Assembly: GCA_013416795.1 (NCBI GenBank)
Contig: RQSC01000630.1
Location: forward strand, 298,576 to 350,737
Reading direction: 5' to 3'
DNA from: Prasinococcaceae sp. CCMP 1430
Taxonomy: Eukaryota > Plantae > Prasinodermophyta
Length of the DNA: 52,162 nucleotides
Below the pieces are notes generated by a model that saw nothing but the letters and a program-made list of their open reading frames with translations, did no database searches and was not told the origin of the DNA. How positions within the stretch are numbered: the first letter of the stretch is position 1; each line of letters opens with the position of its first letter. Below, piece by piece: positions 44,844 through 52,162 of this stretch. Both the position numbers and the translations under genes were made by a program.

Positions 44844-45185
44844 GCGCCCGCGCCTCAAGACGCGGCCCGAGCGACTCCTCGCGAAAGCGCTGGCTGCCGC
44901 GCGCAGCGCGCTTTGGAGAGGCGTCGCCTGGCGCTGCTGGTGGCGCTGGCGAGCTCACTGCCGCGCGGGACCGCCGGCGGCGAATCGCTGGGCGTATTCG
45001 GTGAAGTTGGCGGTGACATGTACATGAGCGGGGCGCCGGCGTGCGCGCGATTGGAGGGAATCCCCGTGCCCCTCGACGGCGGCGGCTGTTCTTTTTTGGC
45101 GTAAACGCATCTTTCAGAGCGTGACTAAGCATGGCTTCGCCGCGACGCGGTCTGCACAGCGCGCTCGTGCCGCGCGCCACGGAGC

Positions 45186-45794
45186 TCACACCGCGGCGGC
45201 ATCCAGAGCCCCTTGCAGCGAGCCTTTGAGTGCCGCGATGGTCGCCGCGGGGTCGGCGCTCTTGAAAACGGCGCTGCCAGCCACGCAGCAGCTCGCCCCC
45301 GCATCGGCCGCCAGGGCCACGGTGGTCTCGTTGACACCGCCGTCGACTTGCACGTGCACGTCGGGCCAGCGCTCGCGGCACTCGCGCACCTTGGGCATCA
45401 TGGCCTCCATGAACTTCTGCCCGCCGAAGCCCGGCTTGACAGTCAGTACCAGCACGAGGTCCGCTCCCGCGTCGACCGCTGCCGCCGCCGCGTCGGCGCC
45501 CGTCTCCGGCGAAAGCGCTACGCCAGCCTTCATGCCAGCGGCCTTGACCTTTGCCACCAGCAACGCCGCGTCGCTGGTAGCCTCCGCGTGGAAGGTAAAG
45601 ATGCTCGCGCCGGCATCGGACATCGGCGCGACGTAGTCCTCCGGGTTTGTCACGCACAGGTGGCAGTCAAGCACCGGCCCGTCGCCGAGCGCTTTGCGCA
45701 GCGATGAGACCACGCACGGCCCGATGGTCAGGTTGGGCACGAAGTGGCCATCGAAGACGTCCACGTGCAGCCAGTCGGCGCCTCCGGCCAGCAC
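45186..45794 (-). CDS. RPE: Ribulose-phosphate 3-epimerase; last exon only, first exon not found
   Basis: GADWLHVDVFDGHFVPNLTIG, DCHL, TFHAE, LTVKPGFGGQKF, VDGGV and VAGSAVF, preceded by a CTGAC..CAG acceptor. Confidence 0.9.
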   Translation of the reverse strand: MLAGGADWLHVDVFDGHFVPNLTIGPCVVSSLRKALGDGPVLDCHLCVTNPEDYVAPMSDAGASIFTFHAEATSDAALLVAKVKAAGMKAGVALSPETGADAAAAAVDAGADLVLVLTVKPGFGGQKFMEAMMPKVRECRERWPDVHVQVDGGVNETTVALAADAGASCCVAGSAVFKSADPAATIAALKGSLQGALDAAAV

Positions 45795-46089
45795 CTGGGC
45801 GGCCACACGCGCGCGGTCGTGAACGCGCCGGGTCAGCGCGCGGCGCGCGAGGCGCGGGGCGCGCCCCAGCGCAACCGCACCGCACCCACGCCGCGCGCGC
45901 CGTGTGACGCCCGCGAGCAGCGACGCGCGCGGCTCGCACGCGCGCGAGATGCCTCCCGGCGGCTGCGACACCGAATTCCACATTTCGCGACCAACCCGAA
46001 TATTTGGGGTATATGTACTCTACTATGTGTAATTTGATCTGTATAATTACGAACCCTGATGCAGGCAGCGGCCGCCTCGCCGCCACCGA

Positions 46090-47587
46090 TCACAGTTCGA
46101 TGCGCCCCGAGATGTCGCTGTCGGGCGTGGCCTCCCACTGCCACTCGTACGGCAGCGCCTCGCCGGCAGGGCGCTCCCATGGGCGGTAGTACAGCGCGTC
46201 GTCGCGCGCCTCGCGGAGCAGCGCCGCCGCGCCCTCGGCGACGTCGCGCGTGGCGGTTGTCGTCGCAAGGAAGTACAGCAGGTCGTACAGCGTCAGGCGG
46301 CCCTCCAGAGCGCGGTTCGACATGAACTTGGGCAGGGTCTTGTGGCCACGGGGGTAGACCGCCAGCTGTGGTCCATCGACGTACTCGCCGTGCGGAGGTG
46401 CCAGCTCATTCGAGTCGACGTTGATGCGAACGAGCAGCACTGCGCCGCCGCCAAGCTTAGCCACAGCGCCCAGGCACTCGTCGCTCTTGCCGCACGTCCA
46501 TTCCAGCTCCTCCTCCGCGCCCCCGGCCAGCGCGCCAAGACGCGCGAACGCAGGCATCGCAGACTACGCGCGAGCGCCACCCGGGCGCTGTCAGCGTTGC
46601 GAGTCCGGCTGCGCGCGCGGCAGCGCGCGCAACCGAGCGCGATCGCACCTGATGGAAGTCCGCGTGGGTGCTCGGGAAGGAGAAGTACGCGAGCACGTCG
46701 GCGGCCTGTGCGTCCGCGGAGCCCTCGACGTCGTTCGCGAAGGTTCCCGCCACCGTCTTGCGCACCGCACGGCGCCGATCCCCTAGCAGCACGCCGTCGC
46801 CGTCGGACCACTTCGGCTGCGTCTCGGACATGTAGGGCGTCGCGCTCTCGCCGGTGTCGTCGTCACGGAACTCGGACAACGGCCTACTCGCGTACTCCTG
46901 CGTACACGCGCGCGTCGCCTGCGTGGTACCCACACGCTCGTGCGTCAGCGCGAGTTGGCGCGTGCTGCCGTGGCGCGCGACTGCGCGCGCGGGAAGGGAA
47001 CGTTTCGTTCTCTGGGCAGGGAGCGGGTCGGTGCGCTGCCGGCGGCGCAACATCCGTGCCGTCTGCGGCGTGCTTGCGGGCCGCGCGCCACCACTCACCT
47101 CCCTGCACACCTCCCAATTGGCGTCGAAGGGTGCGTCGATGGAGCGTTTACCATGCGCTACGTATGCGCCAATGATCTCTTCCTCGAATGCTTCCAGCAG
47201 CTTCTCGCACGCCTTGCGTGCCTGTGGCACGTGATACGTCTCGGCGTATCGGCACGCGCCCGCGACGCCCTCCTCCACAATATCCTCGAGCTCACCGTAC
47301 TTGGTGGATGTGACGGCGCCGGTGGCGCGCCGTTCGTCCTTTCGCGCGCGCACTGCTTTGAACTCGTCGATGCGCGGGAGAAGCTCACGCTCCATGTTGC
47401 CCACGATCTCATGGCAGCCGCGGCAGCGTGGCGGCCGCCCGAAGACGTCCACGCCGTTGGCGAAGAACTGGGTGGCGGACGTCTCGCGCGGCCGCGCCTC
47501 GGCCGCGCGCGGCGCGCCCACCGCGCACAGCGCGAACGCGAGCAGGGCGGCAGCGCACGCCAACGCGCCCCCTCCCCCCCCGCGCAT
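46090..47587 (-). CDS. Secretory-pathway protein: saposin-like (Canopy/CNPY-type) domain + thioredoxin-like domain, ending RIEL
   Basis: Signal peptide; CRGC..C..C..C..C saposin cysteine pattern (ACEKLLEAFEEEI, VCRE/ATRAC). Introns 46919-47098 and 46564-46648. Trx-like VRKTVAGTFANDV..DVLAYF..RINVDSNE..PQLAVYPRG. Confidence 0.7.
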
Positions 47588-47605
47588 CGCCGCCGCGCCG
47601 ATCGC

Positions 47606-47981
47606 AGGCCCCGCGGCGCCCCGTGGCAGAGGCGCGCGCGCTGTGGCGCACGCGGGGAACGGCACCGCAGGTGGCGGATGCATTTCGATCTAAAATCAAT
47701 TTCAAAACCGCTTTCTCCCCACGGATGGAATGTTTGCACTTAATTATGCGGAGTTATCCATGTATCTCCGACGTTTTTTTGCCGGCGCCGGTATACTGCT
47801 GCGGCACCGGCACAGCGCGCCCTAGCGGCGGAGGGGAGGCAGAGGCGCCCTCCGCGGGGCGTCGGAGGGGCCGCCGAGCCGGGCGTGGGCTGCAATTCCC
47901 GCGCGGCAGAGGAGGGGCCATGTCGGCGCTCGCGCGCACCCGCGGTGCGCGTCTGTTTGCCGCCGCGCGCGCCGCGCCCGC
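47606..47981 (+). repeat. 376-bp direct repeat, copy 1 (promoter + first ~21 codons of ATP11)
   Basis: Matches 49997-50372 (offset 2391) except for C47964 vs A50355. Confidence 0.95.
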
Positions 47982-48893
47982 GCGCACGGCGTTCTCGTAC
48001 CCGGCGCCGCGATCGCTCGACTCGGTCGTCAAGGTCGACATGCTGAGGGACTACGACGCGCAGAAGTGCGCCGCGCTGTGGGAGGAGTACCACAACATGC
48101 GACAGCTCGCGAGCACCACCATGGGTGCCAGGTTGTACGCGCTGTACCTGGTGAGAGCGGCGCTGGCGACCGAGCGCATGCGGGGCGCGCTGCCGAGCGT
48201 CCGGAGAAGCAGCAGCAGGGCGCACGTCTGGAGCAGAATTGTCGCTGACCTCGCGCCATACCCCAAACCGGCCCTGCCCCGCCCCATTCCACACACGTCT
48301 ATGCAGGAGCGCGCGCAACGCTCTCCGATGTTCGTCGTGCCGATGCGCGCCGACGAGGACAGCCCTGCTGACGGGGACAGCGCCGCCGACCCCGACGCCA
48401 GCGAGGCGCCCGTCGCGCCGCCGGCAGCAGCGCCGCCGCTCAACATCTTCGTGCAGCAGCAGGGCGCGCACGTGCTTTTCTCGGACCTCGAGGAGTACAA
48501 GCTGCTGGGCACTGAGGCGACGCCGCTGGCGACTCTGACGCACTACGCGGATCTCGCGGAGGATAAGGTGCGCCAGTGAGAGACGGAGAGAGAGAGAGAG
48601 AGAGAGAGACGGGGGCGGGGGGGGGGAAGAGCCACCTCCCCTCCTTCTGTAGAGCGCCAGCCGCGCCCATGTGCTGACTTGAGACCGCCTCCCTCGCGCA
48701 GGCCATCGTGCTCGCCCGGTTAGACGTTGTGCGGGAGAAAGCCTTTTCGCTCGCGCGCGCGAGGGAGCTGCTCGCGCTCACGCATCGACTGTGGGTGGAC
48801 GACCAGGCGCACGCGCTCGTACAGAAGTTCAACCACGAGCCCGGCAGCTTCGACTTTAGCGACGTGCTCGCGCTGCTCGGGCACGAGAAGTAA
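47920..48893 (+). CDS. ATP11: Mitochondrial F1-ATPase assembly factor ATP11/ATPAF1
   Basis: Presequence; PRSLDSVVK..LWEEYH; PMFVVP; LEEYK; LTHYADL; LVQKFNHEPGSFDF. Introns 48151-48306 and 48568-48701. Confidence 0.9.
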
Positions 48894-49130
48894 GAAGCTA
48901 CTCATTCTTTTTGGCGCAGCGAGCGAACCTTGCATTGGTCACCTCAGTCCATCAAACCACGAGGTGCGGCGCGGGGGAGCACACATGCGCGCGCGCGCGG
49001 GCATTCTCCGCTGGGTGGACGGATCCATCGAGGCGTGTGCACAGCGCGCGGCGCTCTCGTTCTTTACGACGCCGCGCAGAGGGCATCGCCACGCTGCCGG
49101 CTCGCCGCGCGCAGGCGCCCACTTCCTGCG

Positions 49131-49473
49131 TCACATAAGGTGCCTCCACTCGTCGGGGAAGCGCGGGTACATCCTTTTGTACAGGCTGGCGCATACGGTG
49201 TCGTGCTGCATGATAGGAATGTCGAAGAGGCACTTCATGGCGCCGTGAGTACCCACGGGCTCGGTGATGCGCCCACGGCGCCCGTGCTTGGTCCACAGCT
49301 CCAACGGGCGGAACCAGCGCACGTCGTCGGGGTTGTGGAACATCCAGCGGATGACTGCCTTGCGCTTGTGCACTTTGAGCGGGTATCCGGTGAGGATGAT
49401 GCGCTTGAGGATGATGCGGTCGGGATCGCACCGGATGAGCGAGCCGCTGAGCGCCAGCTGGATGTCGCCACTC
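49131..49473 (-). pseudogene. TSR1: 3'-terminal fragment of pre-rRNA processing factor TSR1
   Basis: DPDRIILKRIILTGYP..KAVIRWMFHNPDDVRWFRPLELWTKHGRRGRITEPVGTHGAMKCLFD..DTVCASLYKRMYP. In-frame stop just upstream, no clear YAG acceptor and no other exons in the window. Fragment or misassembly. Confidence 0.75.
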
Positions 49474-49996
49474 GCCGCGCCCGCGCGCGCGCCCGTCGTG
49501 AGGCAGGGCGGAAGCTTGTGCCATCAGCGCGTGACCGCGACGACGACGACGAAGCGCGGTGGCCGCCGCCGCCGCGGGCCGCGCCGCGCGCAGCGCCGCT
49601 CGCATCGCGGGCAGCGTCGGTAGTGGCACACGCCCCCCACTCCTCCCACCCGCCCTCCCCCACGTCTATCCACACTCGCGCGGCTGCAGCGCCGCTCACA
49701 CGCCGGCCACGCGCGCAAATGCATTCTGATATGTCTCGCCGCGGACATCAACGACATCAGGGGTTAGGGTCTACAGTATGGTTTTGTTCGGGGGGTACCA
49801 TCAATGGTACGCGCCTGACCACGGTCTAATCTTCCTAGGGTTCGCCTTTTACACGGGTCAGTTTGGCAGACCAACAACACATCGTTTTATGCGGGGGTGG
49901 CCCCGCGGGCGTCACAGCGCGTGCGCGCGGGCGGGGGCATGCCTGCTGCTGGCGGCGCCGCGGCGTCGGGCGCTCCTCCGGCCGCTCGCGCCACGN

Positions 49997-50372
49997 AGGC
50001 CCCGCGGCGCCCCGTGGCAGAGGCGCGCGCGCTGTGGCGCACGCGGGGAACGGCACCGCAGGTGGCGGATGCATTTCGATCTAAAATCAATTTCAAAACC
50101 GCTTTCTCCCCACGGATGGAATGTTTGCACTTAATTATGCGGAGTTATCCATGTATCTCCGACGTTTTTTTGCCGGCGCCGGTATACTGCTGCGGCACCG
50201 GCACAGCGCGCCCTAGCGGCGGAGGGGAGGCAGAGGCGCCCTCCGCGGGGCGTCGGAGGGGCCGCCGAGCCGGGCGTGGGCTGCAATTCCCGCGCGGCAG
50301 AGGAGGGGCCATGTCGGCGCTCGCGCGCACCCGCGGTGCGCGTCTGTTTGCCGCAGCGCGCGCCGCGCCCGC
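49997..50372 (+). repeat. 376-bp direct repeat, copy 2 (promoter + first ~21 codons of mS34)
   Basis: Starts immediately after the single N at 49996. Confidence 0.95.
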
Positions 50373-50907
50373 CGCGAGCGCGCTCGAGCGCGCACAGCGC
50401 TTCGCCGGCGACACGTACGGCGCGGACGGCGAGCTCGAGGACGTGCCGAGCAGCCGCCGCGGCGGCAACAAGCGTGGCGAGCCGGGGTGGAACCTGCTAG
50501 AGCTCGTGCGCCGGCTGCCTGACTATGGCAAGGGCTCGCGCGTCGCACAGGCCAGCGACCATGCGCAGACGTATTACGAGATCTCGCGCGTCAAGCCGTC
50601 GCCCCATGACCCCTCGCACGGCAAGGTGTGGGGCGTCAAGTACCACCGCGGCGTGGCGGAGCCGAACGAGCGCCCGCGGCCCATCAGACAGGTCCTGCGG
50701 AGGCCGTGGGTGGTGCGCGAAATGGCGCAGCCAGCTGTCGCCGAGGGCGAGGACGCTCCCAAGCCGTGGATCGACATGCGCGAAAAGTACGACATCAAAA
50801 CCGAGACTGCCAGGCGCTCCGCCGCGGCTGCAATGGCCGCTCGGGAGGAGGGCGCAGAGGAGGCCAGCGAGGAGGATGGCGAGGCGACCAAAGAGGAGGC
50901 GGAATGA
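50311..50907 (+). CDS. MRPS34: Mitochondrial ribosomal protein mS34
   Basis: NLLELVRRLPDYGKGSRV..YYEISRVKP..HGKVWGVKYHRG matches the MRP-S34 family pattern. Confidence 0.82.
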   Translation: MSALARTRGARLFAAARAAPAASALERAQRFAGDTYGADGELEDVPSSRRGGNKRGEPGWNLLELVRRLPDYGKGSRVAQASDHAQTYYEISRVKPSPHDPSHGKVWGVKYHRGVAEPNERPRPIRQVLRRPWVVREMAQPAVAEGEDAPKPWIDMREKYDIKTETARRSAAAAMAAREEGAEEASEEDGEATKEEAE

Positions 50908-51117
50908 AGGAGGTGCTGACAGCATTGCCTGAGACCAGCGCTTACAAACACTAATACAATTTTTTTGGGGATGTGACGTGTCTGAGCCTGTCAGCCTCAC
51001 GCCCGCGTCGCGCCCTCTTCCCCTCCCGCGCGCTGCCACATCCATGAGACTCAAAATGCACACGCACTCACACCGCGAGCGCGCACATTCGGTGGCGCAT
51101 GAAGGCAGATGAGAATC

Positions 51118-51992
51118 TTACACATTGCCGTCCCTGCCCGCGGCGCGCCCGGCGATGACAGGCTCGACGAGCGACGCGAGACGCTCATACACGGGCCTTT
51201 TGAAACCCACCATCGTGGGCACAAGCTCGTCGAAAGTCGTCCAACGCACGGCCTCAAACTCGCGCTTCTCGCCGCCGAGGCCACTCAGGTCGACGGACGC
51301 GTCGACGTCGTCCACATCGCCCTTGTACTCGAAGACGCTCCAATGCATCTCCTGCCCGCAGTAGCCCGCCTTCTCGAGCCATGTGCCAGGTGGCACGTCG
51401 TATGGAGTCGTCTCGGGGAGCTCGCCGATAAACTGGGCAGGTGCGCGCGCAGGACGCGCCGTCAGCGCGCGGGGGCCACCAGCTGTTGCGCGCCTGCGCC
51501 GCTCGCCAGCAGGCAGGAGCACGCAGTGGCGCTGCAGCGCACCTCAACAGCAGGTGGCCGCAGGCCCATCTCCTCGTAGAGCTCGCGCGCGGCGGCAGAG
51601 GACGGTGCCTCGCCCTCGTCAAGGCCACCCTGCGCAAACTGCCACTGCCCGCGCTTGTCCGAGCGCTCGCCGACGAGCACTCGCACGCCGCCGCTGCCGC
51701 ACGCGCTGAACACGACGGCGCCAGCGCACTGCCGGTAGCGAGGCGGCGGCGGCGGCGCGGCGGCGGCGGGCGGCTCCTCCGCGGGGGGGTGGGGGGCGTC
51801 GGCGCGGGCGGCAGCGCGGCGCATGTGGACGTTGGCACGGACGTGGGCGCCGATGTCGACGCTGATGCGGACGTCGGCGCCGATGCGGACGCGGACGTGG
51901 ACGCGGACGCGGACGCGGACGCGAACGCGAACGCGAACGCGGAAGCGGCTTCTGAGCTGGACGGCGTCGGAGGTGACGGCGGCGGCGCGCAT
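51118..51992 (-). CDS. Second RppH/Ap4A-hydrolase-like Nudix protein; start uncertain (51992 or 51824)
   Basis: [37 protein letters not shown], intron 51433-51542, then GQEMHW, EFEAVRW and VGFKRPVY. Confidence 0.85.
51885..51942. repeat. Hexamer tandem repeat (GGACGC/GAACGC)n
   Basis: About 9 units in the 5' region of the second Nudix gene. Confidence 0.8.
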
Positions 51993-52162
51993 GACGAAGG
52001 TGACGGCGGCGTCGTGCACGACGACGGCGACGCGGCGATCGAGGACGCGGACGCGCTGCTCGTGGAGGGGGCGACGAGCGCAAGCCGGGCGGGCAGCGAG
52101 GGGAGGGAGGGGGAGCGCCCGCGGGCGCGGCGGGCGGCGGAGGCGGGGCGGCGGCACCGCGC

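Noticed and set aside
47606-50372. LTR retroelement bounded by the 376-bp repeats
   Set aside because: No TG..CA ends, PBS/PPT or gag/pol; the repeat is a host promoter plus coding start.
1-52162. tRNA, rRNA, snRNA or transposase genes
   Set aside because: None recognised by eye; tRNAscan-SE and Infernal would be needed to exclude them formally.

Overview
Gene-dense, very GC-rich eukaryotic nuclear DNA with short GT-AG introns (donors mostly GTGCG/GTGAG, CTGAC/CTAAC-like branch points). The gene content (AP2 domain, plant-type SANT protein, organellar RadA, class A penicillin-binding protein, FAP182-like axonemal protein) points to an early-diverging green alga; this is an inference and I cannot name the species. 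About 24 protein-coding genes or gene fragments: an ELM2-SANT/MBD/AP2/PHD chromatin protein, an SRA1/Sec31-C protein, V-ATPase A, RBBP5, a divergent H2B-like protein, UMP synthase, CWC22, PBP1, a secreted esterase, RadA, FAP182/PIERCE, a BAG protein, RER1, an EML protein, an F-box/Kelch protein, a PhyH-like dioxygenase, a WD40 protein, two RppH-like Nudix hydrolases, RPE, a saposin/thioredoxin-like ER protein, ATP11, a TSR1 3' fragment and mS34. There is one 639-nt N gap and two single-N joins. Main leads: an H2B-like variant hidden by introns and head-to-head with RBBP5; a 376-bp promoter plus presequence block shared by two unrelated mitochondrial genes; a plastid peptidoglycan PBP; and an in-frame intron at the VMA intein site. 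Exon boundaries were read by eye and family calls come from recalled motifs, not searches.
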